DNA of 64,000 nt from Myxococcota bacterium (GTDB lineage Bacteria; Myxococcota_A; UBA9160; SZUA-336), in contig CBDFGR010000003.1 in the NCBI GenBank assembly GCA_965247115.1, forward strand, positions 1,856,001-1,920,000, given 5' to 3'. Of the stretch, positions 1-7,978 are shown one piece after another. Numbering within the stretch: position 1 is the first letter of the stretch; the number at the start of each line of letters is the position of its first letter. A model generated the notes under the pieces. It was not told where the DNA came from. It did not search any database and saw only the letters and a program-made list of their open reading frames with translations. Made by a program: the position numbers and the translations under genes.

Positions 1-2
1 TG

Positions 3-254
3 GTACTCCTTGCGAACCCTGCCGGGGCTTGCGCTGTCTGTGTCGGGGGCGACCCGAGCGCCGAGCTGAACCAGGGGCTCGATGCTGGCGTGATCGTCCT
101 GCTGGGCGTGATTGGCGTCGTCCTCTTGGGATTCGCCTCGTTGTTTCTCTTCTGGATGCGAAGGGCTGCCGTCCTGGAGGCCCAGGTCGCGCAGGTCGAT
201 CGAGCACTACAGAAGGACACGAGCTCGCCACGAGCCTCGCTGTCGACCACGTAG
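3..254 (+). CDS. 5'-truncated small membrane protein with CxxC (ACAVC) motif; paralogue of 6620..6892
   Basis: Manual translation from position 3 gives VLLANPAGACAVCVGGDPSAELNQGLDAGVIVLLGVIGVVLLGFASLFLFWMRR...STT, stop TAG at 252-254. Not in the ORF track. Confidence 0.7.
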   Translation, partial: VLLANPAGACAVCVGGDPSAELNQGLDAGVIVLLGVIGVVLLGFASLFLFWMRRAAVLEAQVAQVDRALQKDTSSPRASLSTT

Positions 255-263
255 GTTGCGCGA

Positions 264-1730
264 TTAGGCGAGACGCGCGGCCTGCTTGATCCTCTCCCAG
301 GCGTCCTCGCGGTGTGAGACCACGAAGAAGAACGCCATCGAAGCTGCGGCCAGCAGGTTCGCAACGCCCACCCGGACAATCCCCAGTTTCGCGATCACGC
401 CGGGCATCACCAGCGAGCCCACGAGTAAGAAGACGGCTTCGAGGATCGCGAAGAGCACGACGAGCACCGCCGCGGGGTGTCGCGAGTGCAGCTCTATCTC
501 GTGGACCAGCCACGTAACCACCGTTCCCACCACAGCGCACGCGCCGAAGTGCACGATGCTGAAGTAGGCGACGGCGCCGAGGTGCACCTCCGTGACCTCC
601 TCTGCCGGGACGCCTAGGAAGAGCACGCTGCCCATGAGCGACGGCGTGAAGAGCGACTGCCCGTCCAGCACGTCGGCGGCCAGGAAGAAGAGGGCCACCG
701 TGGAGCCGCCGATCGCGCCAGCGTAAAACGAGTCGAACAGGAAGTCGGCTAGGTTGTGCTTGAGACTGTCCTTCGCCGCCGAGCCATGGGCGAGCATGAA
801 GAAGAGAGCCATTGAACCTGCCGCAAGCAGGTTCGCGATCCCGACCCGGGCGATTCCGAGCCTCGCGATCACGCCGGGCATCGCCAGCGGGGCCATGGCG
901 AAGAAGCCTACTTCGATGATCGCAAAAAGAACGACGAGCACCTGGATGGGATGCCGCGAGTGCAGCTCGACCTCGTGAACCACCAGCGAGAGCCCCGCTC
1001 CAAGCGCAGCGAAGGCGGCAATGTGCACCACGCTGAAGTAAGCGACCGCGCCGAGGTGCACCTCCGTCACCTCTTCTGCCGCGGCACCGAGGAAGAGCAC
1101 GCTGCCCATGAGCGACGGTGTGAAGAGCGGCTGCCCGTCCAGGAGGTCAGCTACGAGGAAGAACGCCGCAACCGCTGAGCCGCCGAGCACACTCAGGCTG
1201 AGGGAGTCGAGAATGAGCTCGCGCGTGGTGCGCTTGAGCTTGTTCCAGGCCTCTGTGCGGTGGGAAAGCATGAAGAAGAGCGCCATCGTCCCGGCTGCCA
1301 GCAGGTTTGCGGCGGCGACCCGCGCCATTCCCAGGCGCGCGATCACCCCGGGCATCGCCAGGGGGGCCACCACGAAGAACGCCGCTTCGATCACCGCGAA
1401 GAGCACCACCAACACCACCACGGGATGGCGCGAGCGCAGCTCTACCTCGCGGACCAGCAAGGAGATTGCTCCACCAAGCGCGGTGAACGCGGCGATGTGC
1501 ACAATGCTGAAGTAGGCGACCGTGTCGAGCCGCACCTTCGCCACATCTTCTGCGGCAACGCCGTGGAACATCACGCTGCCTATCAGCGATGGCGTGAAGA
1601 ACGGCTGCGCGTCCAGGAGGTCGGCGATCAGGAAGAACAGGGCCACCGCCGAGCCACCGAGCACACCCACGTAGAGAGATTCGAAGAGGAACTCACCGCG
1701 GGTGGCGGGGATCGGGGCTCTGTCAGCCAT
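264..1730 (-). CDS. Polytopic membrane protein of three tandem 158-aa repeats, function unknown
   Basis: GGSxVAxFFL, PxFTPSLxGSV, YFSxVH, SRHP and ANLLAA each occur three times at a 474-nt period. Probable start MADRAP at 1730. Confidence 0.8.
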   Translation of the reverse strand: MADRAPIPATRGEFLFESLYVGVLGGSAVALFFLIADLLDAQPFFTPSLIGSVMFHGVAAEDVAKVRLDTVAYFSIVHIAAFTALGGAISLLVREVELRSRHPVVVLVVLFAVIEAAFFVVAPLAMPGVIARLGMARVAAANLLAAGTMALFFMLSHRTEAWNKLKRTTRELILDSLSLSVLGGSAVAAFFLVADLLDGQPLFTPSLMGSVLFLGAAAEEVTEVHLGAVAYFSVVHIAAFAALGAGLSLVVHEVELHSRHPIQVLVVLFAIIEVGFFAMAPLAMPGVIARLGIARVGIANLLAAGSMALFFMLAHGSAAKDSLKHNLADFLFDSFYAGAIGGSTVALFFLAADVLDGQSLFTPSLMGSVLFLGVPAEEVTEVHLGAVAYFSIVHFGACAVVGTVVTWLVHEIELHSRHPAAVLVVLFAILEAVFLLVGSLVMPGVIAKLGIVRVGVANLLAAASMAFFFVVSHREDAWERIKQAARLA

Positions 1731-1839
1731 GACGATCCTCCTTGCCCTGCCAGAGGTTACGTCCAACCTACAGCGCGCCCTGCGTCGGGTCAACCGCGAG
1801 AGTACCTGGTTCGGGCGCTCTCGCGTCGGAGCTAACTGC

Positions 1840-1867
1840 TTGACATCCCATCGGAATCAGCTATGTG
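1840..1867 (+). promoter_or_regulatory. Possible sigma70-type promoter of the oxidase operon
   Basis: Perfect TTGACA at 1840-1845; only a weak -10 (TATGTG) 16 nt downstream. Confidence 0.3.
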
Positions 1868-1891
1868 ACGACCACCTCGCGCGTGGGAGCG

Positions 1892-2530
1892 ATGGCATTG
1901 CGTAAGAGTCTGCTCGGCTTCATCCTGATCCTTGCCGCCCTCGCGTTCGCGAAAGGTTCAGCGCGTGCGCAGGGCACGGCCCGAGGCGAGACGCTCTTCG
2001 AAATCTGCGCTACCTGCCACGGCGAGTACGGAGAGGGCATCCGGCTGTTCGCCGCACCTGCAATCGCGGGCATGGGCCAGTGGTACATCCAGGCACAGCT
2101 GGAGAAGTTCAGGACGGGCGCGCGCGGTGCGCATCCCGACGACGTCGAGGGGCTGCGCATGCGCCCGATGTCGCGAACCCTGCGGACCGAGGAGGACGTG
2201 GCGGAGGTCGCCGCGTACGTGGCGAGCCTCAGCGCCGTCTCGCTTCCGCGCTCTCTCGAGGGCGACCCCCAGAAGGGCAAGGTCCTCTACACCACATGTG
2301 CGACCTGCCATGGTGCGAACGGCGAGGGCAACCGGCAGCTCTTCGGTCCCTCGGTGAACCGCACCAGCGACTGGTACCTGCTCGAACAGCTCAAGAAATA
2401 CAAGTCTGGCGTGAGGGGCGGGAACCCCAAGGACACGACGGGCATCATGATGCGACCAATGGCCCTGGTGCTGCCCGACGAGCAGGCGATGCAGGACGTC
2501 GTCGCCTACATGATGACCCTCGCCGACTAG
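1892..2530 (+). CDS. Diheme cytochrome c (c4/c553-like)
   Basis: Signal peptide; two CATCH heme motifs; Met-containing distal motifs (MRPM twice). Confidence 0.9.
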   Translation: MALRKSLLGFILILAALAFAKGSARAQGTARGETLFEICATCHGEYGEGIRLFAAPAIAGMGQWYIQAQLEKFRTGARGAHPDDVEGLRMRPMSRTLRTEEDVAEVAAYVASLSAVSLPRSLEGDPQKGKVLYTTCATCHGANGEGNRQLFGPSVNRTSDWYLLEQLKKYKSGVRGGNPKDTTGIMMRPMALVLPDEQAMQDVVAYMMTLAD

Positions 2531-2542
2531 GATTCGAGTCAG

Positions 2543-2647
2543 ATGGCAAAGGAATACTCGGCGGATCAGATGGCAATCAGGTGGTTCATCGTCACGATCT
2601 TCGGAGCGGCCCTGTACATCGGGGCCGTGTTCTTCTTCGTGCTCTAG
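2543..2647 (+). CDS. 34-aa single-TM protein, putative small oxidase subunit
   Basis: MAKEYSADQMAIRWFIVTIFGAALYIGAVFFFVL*; fills the gap between the cytochrome c and coxII; below the ORF-track length cutoff. Confidence 0.7.
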   Translation: MAKEYSADQMAIRWFIVTIFGAALYIGAVFFFVL

Positions 2648-2657
2648 GTGAGGCGAG

Positions 2658-3350
2658 ATGATTGAGCGCTACGTCGAAGCAGCCTCTACATATGCCAGCG
2701 ACATCGACGACCTCGTCCTGCTCATCACTGTCCTCGTTGGCTTCTGGTTCCTCGTCTGCGAACTCCTCTTCTTTGGGTTGATCTTCCGCTTCCGAGCCAG
2801 GGAGGGAAGGCGAACCGAGTACGTGACCGGTGAGGAGAAGGAGCTCAAGCGCTGGATCACGATCCCCCACGCACTCGTTCTGATATGCGATGTCTTCATC
2901 ATCATCGCCGCGCTGCGGGTCTGGTACGAGGTCAAGCAGGCATTGCCGCCAGCTGACGAGACCGTGCGCGTGATCGCGCAGCAATGGGCGTGGACCTTCG
3001 TCCACCCGGGCCCCGACCGAGAGCTCGGTACAGCGGACGACATCGCAACGATCGACGAGCTCCACGTCAAGACGAACACGACCTATCACTACAAGCTCGA
3101 GGCTCGAGACGTGGTGCACAGCTTCTCCGTCCCGGTCTTCCGGCTCAAACAAGATGCCGTTCCAGGGCGGATCATCACTGGCTGGTTCGAGGCGACGAAG
3201 ACGGGCAGCTTTGACATCCAGTGCGCGGAGATTTGCGGGATCGGACACGCCCTCATGGGTGCTCGTATCTTCATCGAGACGCCCGAGCAACACGCGGCCT
3301 GGATGGAGGGACGACCCCTCGCGACTGTCGCCGCCCTGGCGGACAGGTAG
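2658..3350 (+). CDS. coxB: Cytochrome c oxidase subunit II (CuA)
   Basis: Two TM helices, QQWAW, DVVHSF and CuA motif CAEICGIGHALM. Confidence 0.93.
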   Translation: MIERYVEAASTYASDIDDLVLLITVLVGFWFLVCELLFFGLIFRFRAREGRRTEYVTGEEKELKRWITIPHALVLICDVFIIIAALRVWYEVKQALPPADETVRVIAQQWAWTFVHPGPDRELGTADDIATIDELHVKTNTTYHYKLEARDVVHSFSVPVFRLKQDAVPGRIITGWFEATKTGSFDIQCAEICGIGHALMGARIFIETPEQHAAWMEGRPLATVAALADR

Positions 3351-3371
3351 CGGGAGACCAGAAGGGGCGGC

Positions 3372-5075
3372 ATGACCGAGTCAGCTGACACTTCGACGGT
3401 CGCACACGAAACTCAGCACGAAGAGCTCGGCTTCGCGAGGACGTACATCTTCCCCACCGATCACAAGATGATCGGCATGCAGTACCTGTTCACCGGCATG
3501 ATCATGGCGCTGATTGGCGGCTTCATGTCCTACGTGTTTCGCATGCAGCTCGCCTTCCCTGGCATGGAGGTTCCGCTCTACGGGAACGTCACCGCGGCCA
3601 CCTACAACTTCCTGGTGACGAACCACGGCACCATCATGATCTTCTGGGTGGCCATGCCGGTGCTCCTGGCCTTCTTTGGGAATTTCTTGATCCCGCTGAT
3701 GATCGGCTGTGACGACATGGTGTTCCCGCGCATCAACCGGCTGTCCTACCAGGTCTTCTTCGTCAGTACGGTCGTTCTCATCACCTCCTTCTTTGTGCCG
3801 GGTGGTGGCTTCGGAGGCGGCTGGACGGCCTACCCACCTCTCTCTGCGCAGGCTGAGTACAGCCACACGCCGCTGGGATCCACGCTGTGGCTCGTAGCGG
3901 TCGCGTTGGAGTTTGTGGCCTTCCTGCTCGGCGGCATCAACTTCGTGACGACGGCCATGAACTCGCGCGCACCGGGGATGAAGTTCACGGATATTCCCAT
4001 GGTGGTCTGGACGATCGTGATCGGCAGCGTCCTCTTCATGGCGTCGATCGGCCCGCTGATCGCGGGCGCGATCATGTTGTTCATGGACCAGAATATCGGA
4101 ACGGGTTTCTACGACCCGACGGGCGTCGGCGATCCTTTGCTCTGGCAGCACCTGTTCTGGTTCTTCGGGCATCCCGAAGTGTATGTCGTCCTGCTCCCGG
4201 CCCTTGGCATCACGGCGGAGGTAATGTGCGTGTTTGCGCGCAAGAAGCTCTTTGCCTACCGCGTGGTTCTCCTCACCCTCTTTGGTACGGCTATCCTGAG
4301 CTTCTTCGTCTGGGCGCATCACCAGTTCATAGCGGGCATCGACCCGCGCATGGCCAATATCTTTACCGTCACCACGGTGCTGATCTCCATCCCGCTCGCC
4401 GAGCTCTGCTTCGTCTACATTGCGACCCTCTACGGCGGGTCGATCACCCTCACGACCCCCATGCTGTGGGCGCTGGCTTTCATTGCGGAATTCCTGATTG
4501 GGGGGGTGACCGGCATCTACCTCGGCGCGAGCGGCACCGACATCTACTTCCACGACACCTACTTCGTGCTTGCCCACTTCCACTACACGTTCTTCCCGAT
4601 CGCGATCATCGGTGTCTTTGCCGGGATTACGTTCTGGTACCCCAAGATGTTCGGCCGGATGATGAACGACCTGGTGGGCAGGATTCACTTCTGGGGCACG
4701 ATCATCCCCTTCAACTTCATCTTCATTCCCCTCTTTGTCCTGGGCGCCGCGGGCCAGCACCGGCGGATCTACGACTACACGCACTTCCCGGACCTGGCGA
4801 CTCCCGCGTTTCAGGACATGCGAGTGTTCGCCACGCTGTCGCTGGTCGTGATGCTGTTCTTCCAGGGCGTGTTCCTGCTGAACTTCTTCGTCAGCTTGTG
4901 GAGAGGTGCGCCGGCCCCGCGGAACCCCTGGAGGTCGAATACGCTCGAGTGGACAGCTCCTTCGCCGCCGCCGCACGGGAACTTCGCGGAGCTCCCGAAC
5001 GTCTATCGCGGACCGTACGAGTACGGCGTCCCCGGTCGCGAGGATGACTACTTTCCGCAAGACGTTCCGGCTTGA
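3372..5075 (+). CDS. coxA: Heme-copper oxidase subunit I, A-family-like with atypical K-channel helix
   Basis: TDHKMIG, NHGTIM, DMVFPRIN, WFFGHPEVY, WAHHQF, HDTYFVLAHFHY, RR and NPW..TLEW motifs. Confidence 0.95.
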   Translation: MTESADTSTVAHETQHEELGFARTYIFPTDHKMIGMQYLFTGMIMALIGGFMSYVFRMQLAFPGMEVPLYGNVTAATYNFLVTNHGTIMIFWVAMPVLLAFFGNFLIPLMIGCDDMVFPRINRLSYQVFFVSTVVLITSFFVPGGGFGGGWTAYPPLSAQAEYSHTPLGSTLWLVAVALEFVAFLLGGINFVTTAMNSRAPGMKFTDIPMVVWTIVIGSVLFMASIGPLIAGAIMLFMDQNIGTGFYDPTGVGDPLLWQHLFWFFGHPEVYVVLLPALGITAEVMCVFARKKLFAYRVVLLTLFGTAILSFFVWAHHQFIAGIDPRMANIFTVTTVLISIPLAELCFVYIATLYGGSITLTTPMLWALAFIAEFLIGGVTGIYLGASGTDIYFHDTYFVLAHFHYTFFPIAIIGVFAGITFWYPKMFGRMMNDLVGRIHFWGTIIPFNFIFIPLFVLGAAGQHRRIYDYTHFPDLATPAFQDMRVFATLSLVVMLFFQGVFLLNFFVSLWRGAPAPRNPWRSNTLEWTAPSPPPHGNFAELPNVYRGPYEYGVPGREDDYFPQDVPA

Positions 5076-5096
5076 TGCGCAGGTGCCGATGAGAGA

Positions 5097-5666
5097 ATGA
5101 GACCGATTGCAACGACACGGAGCGCGGCCGGGATCCCCACGGGTCGTCTCGCAGTCTGGTGGGTCCTCGCGTCGGAGATCGTCATCTTCGGCGGCTTGCT
5201 CGCGTCCTACATCATGTACCGCCTGGCGCACGACGCCTGGGCCGACCACGCAGCACACACGAACCTGGTCGCAGGGAGCTTCAACACGCTGGTCCTCCTC
5301 ACGTCCAGCTTGACGGCCGTGCTCGCTCACAAGGCGGCAGACGAGAGCGACGGGCCGCGAGCTGCGCGTCTACTGACCTTCACGATGCTTGGCGGCGCGA
5401 CCTTCGTCATCGTGAAGGCCTTCGAGTGGACGGCCGAGATCCAGGCCGGCTACACGATCACGGCGAACACGTTCTGGTCGTTCTACTACACCGCGGCGGG
5501 CCTCCATGGCTTACACGTGATCGTGGGTGTGATCATCATGGGCTTCGTCGCCTGGGATGCGAGAAAGGGCAGGGAGCTTCACCGCGTCGAGCTGATCGGC
5601 ATCTACTGGCACTTCGTCGACATCGTGTGGATCTTCCTATTCCCACTGCTCTACATCGCGAGGTAG
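5097..5666 (+). CDS. coxC: Cytochrome c oxidase subunit III family (short form)
   Basis: LASEIVIFGGL, NTLVLLTSS, GLHGLHV, YWHFVDIVWIFLFPLLY. Confidence 0.9.
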   Translation: MRPIATTRSAAGIPTGRLAVWWVLASEIVIFGGLLASYIMYRLAHDAWADHAAHTNLVAGSFNTLVLLTSSLTAVLAHKAADESDGPRAARLLTFTMLGGATFVIVKAFEWTAEIQAGYTITANTFWSFYYTAAGLHGLHVIVGVIIMGFVAWDARKGRELHRVELIGIYWHFVDIVWIFLFPLLYIAR

Positions 5667-5674
5667 CCCGAACC

Positions 5675-6004
5675 ATGTCCGAGATGCATCACCCTAGCTA
5701 CGTAAAGATCTGGGTAGCGCTCGTCATTCTGCTGGCGATCAGCGTTGCGGGTCCCTTCCTCGGGATCCGGATCGTGACGCTGATCACGGCATTCGGCATA
5801 GCCATCGTCAAGGCCTACCTCGTGGCGAGAAACTTCATGCACCTGAACATCGAGAAACGGTACGTGGTGTACCTGCTCTCGACGGTCCTCGCCTTCATGC
5901 TGCTCTTCTTCTTCGGCGTCGCGCCAGACGTGATGAAACAAGAGGGCCAGGGCTGGATCAAGCCACCCGTCGAGTCCGCAAGCGCGGGGGAAACGGGCCA
6001 CTAG
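5675..6004 (+). CDS. Cytochrome c oxidase subunit IV family (prokaryotic)
   Basis: MSEMHHPSYVKIW...KAYLVARNFMHL; three TM segments; ATG at 5675. Confidence 0.85.
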   Translation: MSEMHHPSYVKIWVALVILLAISVAGPFLGIRIVTLITAFGIAIVKAYLVARNFMHLNIEKRYVVYLLSTVLAFMLLFFFGVAPDVMKQEGQGWIKPPVESASAGETGH

Positions 6005-6021
6005 CTCCGCAGAGGCTACGC

Positions 6022-6609
6022 ATGTACGAGAAGACCCTGGAGACCCTTACTGGTGCGCCGCGGCACCCCCAGCTCGTCTCCAACGCCGTTCTCGGAATGC
6101 TGATGTTCGTCATCGTGGAGGCGATGCTGTTTGCCGGGCTGATCAGCGCCTTCATGATCGTCAAGACGTCGTCGCTAGGCGCGTGGCCCCCGCCGGGCCA
6201 GGCCCGTCTTCCCGTCGAGGAGACGGCCCTCAATACCGTCGCGTTGCTCATCAGCGGGCTCATGCTCTTCGTTGCGCACCGAGCCTTCAGACGCGCGCCG
6301 GAGAGCGCGAGAGTGCCGCTCATGGTCTCCATCCTGCTCGGCGCGATCTTCGTCATCTTTCAGGGCGTCGAGTGGGCTGCCCTCATCCGCGAGGGTCTGA
6401 CCTTGACCTCGAGCACACATGGCGGATTCTTCTACCTGATCGTCGGGCTGCATGCCCTGCACGTCGTCGCCGCGCTGATCGTCCTGACGTACGCATGGCT
6501 TCTGTTGCGCCAGGCCCGGCTCGCTCCCGCCACGTTCCACGCGACCCAGGTCTTCTGGTATTTTGTAGTCGGCCTCTGGCCGATCCTGTACGTTCAGGTG
6601 TACCTGTGA
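6022..6609 (+). CDS. Second cytochrome c oxidase subunit III family protein
   Basis: EAMLFAGLISA, NTVALLISG, GLHALHV, FWYFVVGLWPILY. Confidence 0.88.
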   Translation: MYEKTLETLTGAPRHPQLVSNAVLGMLMFVIVEAMLFAGLISAFMIVKTSSLGAWPPPGQARLPVEETALNTVALLISGLMLFVAHRAFRRAPESARVPLMVSILLGAIFVIFQGVEWAALIREGLTLTSSTHGGFFYLIVGLHALHVVAALIVLTYAWLLLRQARLAPATFHATQVFWYFVVGLWPILYVQVYL

Positions 6610-6619
6610 GGCTCCGTTC

Positions 6620-6892
6620 GTGAAGTGGTGGTCGGCTGCCCTGGTAGCAAGCGCTCTCCTGTGGGCCCCGCGGCTGGCTGAGGCCTGCGCGGTCTGCTTC
6701 TCCGGGACCGACGAGGTTCGCGACGCCTTCATCGTCACGACCGCCCTGCTGACCGCCCTCCCTCTCCTACTGATCGGCTCCCTCATCCTCTGGCTCCGCC
6801 ACCGCTTCCTCCGCCAAACGACCCAATCCACCCCCAGCCCGGCGCAGCGACGCCCGTCCCCAACTTCAGATTCCCAAGTTCAAATTCCGTAG
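6620..6892 (+). CDS. Small exported/membrane protein with ACAVC CxxC motif, last gene of the oxidase operon
   Basis: Signal peptide ending AEA, then CAVC, one TM helix and a basic stretch. Confidence 0.75.
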   Translation: MKWWSAALVASALLWAPRLAEACAVCFSGTDEVRDAFIVTTALLTALPLLLIGSLILWLRHRFLRQTTQSTPSPAQRRPSPTSDSQVQIP

Positions 6893-7018
6893 AGAACGGG
6901 CAACCCCCTACGAGGCTTGGCACCCATGCAAGCGCCGCGGAACGCGGCGCGCGCAGCGAAGGCCGTAGGCCTGAGCGGAGGTGGGTGGCCGCGGCCGCCC
7001 GCGGCCGGGTCCCACAAG
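6861..7018 (+). repeat. REP/MITE-like multi-hairpin element, copy A
   Basis: GCAAGCGCCGCG...GCGCGCAGCGAAGG...GGTGGGTGG-hairpin-GGGTCCCACAAG core shared with the other copies. Confidence 0.85.
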
Positions 7019-7019
7019 A

Positions 7020-7793
7020 CTAGATTCCGGAGCCGTCTCTCTCGTAGCCGACGTGGATGCCGCACTCTCGAGAGCTATCCCGCTCCCACCACCAGCGTCC
7101 AGCACGTTCATCCTCGCCAGGCTTGATGGCGCGCGAGCAGGGCGCGCAACCGACCGACGGGTAGCCACGAGCGTGCAGCGCATTCACCGGGAGGCCGCGG
7201 TCGTGCACGTACTGCTCCACGTCATCCCTGCTCCAGCTCGCGAGCGGGTTGAGCTTGATGCGTCCGCCGTGGATATGGTCGACCTCTACGGATCGCACGT
7301 CTGCTCGGGCCTTGCTGTGCTCCGGACGTAGGCCCGCGACCCAGGCATCCAGGCCGGCGAGGGCGCGGTCCAGCGCTGCCACCTTGCGGACTCCGCAACA
7401 GAGCTCGCGCTTTTCCTTGGACTCGAAGAACAGGTTGTGTCCGTGCTTGCGCACCATTGCCTCGACACGTTCGTGCTCTGGAAAGTGGATCTCGACCTCG
7501 ATCCCGTAGCGGTCCCGGACCCGATCCATCAGGTCGTAGGTCTCCTGGGGAAGACGTCCTGTGTCGATCGAAAAGACCCGCGTCCGCTCTGGGTCAATCC
7601 GGTGCATCAGGTCGAGGATGACCATGCCTTCCGGGGATCCGAAGCTGGCGGACAGGGCGATACGTGGAGCGAAGTTCTCGAATCCCCACGCCAGCAGGCG
7701 CTCCGCTGGCCACTCGTTCATCCCGCCGGAGCGAACCTGGGCGAGGGTCCGCTCCGGAAGGAGCTCCGTCCTTACGAGCTCGAGCTGCGGCAC
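7020..7793 (-). CDS. cysH: APS/PAPS reductase, 4Fe-4S (APS-type)
   Basis: SASFG, IDTG, CC (ELCCGVRK), SVGCAPCS, RECGIH; GTG at 7793 preceded by GGAGG. Confidence 0.9.
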   Translation of the reverse strand: MPQLELVRTELLPERTLAQVRSGGMNEWPAERLLAWGFENFAPRIALSASFGSPEGMVILDLMHRIDPERTRVFSIDTGRLPQETYDLMDRVRDRYGIEVEIHFPEHERVEAMVRKHGHNLFFESKEKRELCCGVRKVAALDRALAGLDAWVAGLRPEHSKARADVRSVEVDHIHGGRIKLNPLASWSRDDVEQYVHDRGLPVNALHARGYPSVGCAPCSRAIKPGEDERAGRWWWERDSSRECGIHVGYERDGSGI

Positions 7794-7978
7794 GTGGTGG
7801 ACCTCCGAAGGCACATTGCGAGAATGAGAAATATGCGGGACATGCAACTCTATGACACTCGGGGATTTGGCGGCAAGTGGCGCCATATCACCGATTTTTT
7901 CGATGTGGTTTAGGTCGCTCAGGTTTCACAGAAGCAGAGCCGTTCGAAGTTGTTGTGAAATACCCCCGTTTCACGCGG

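Noticed and set aside
3372..5075. Nitric oxide reductase assignment for subunit I
   Set aside because: The crosslink Tyr in HPEVY and D-channel residues are retained, which favours an O2 reductase; NO activity stays only an untested possibility.
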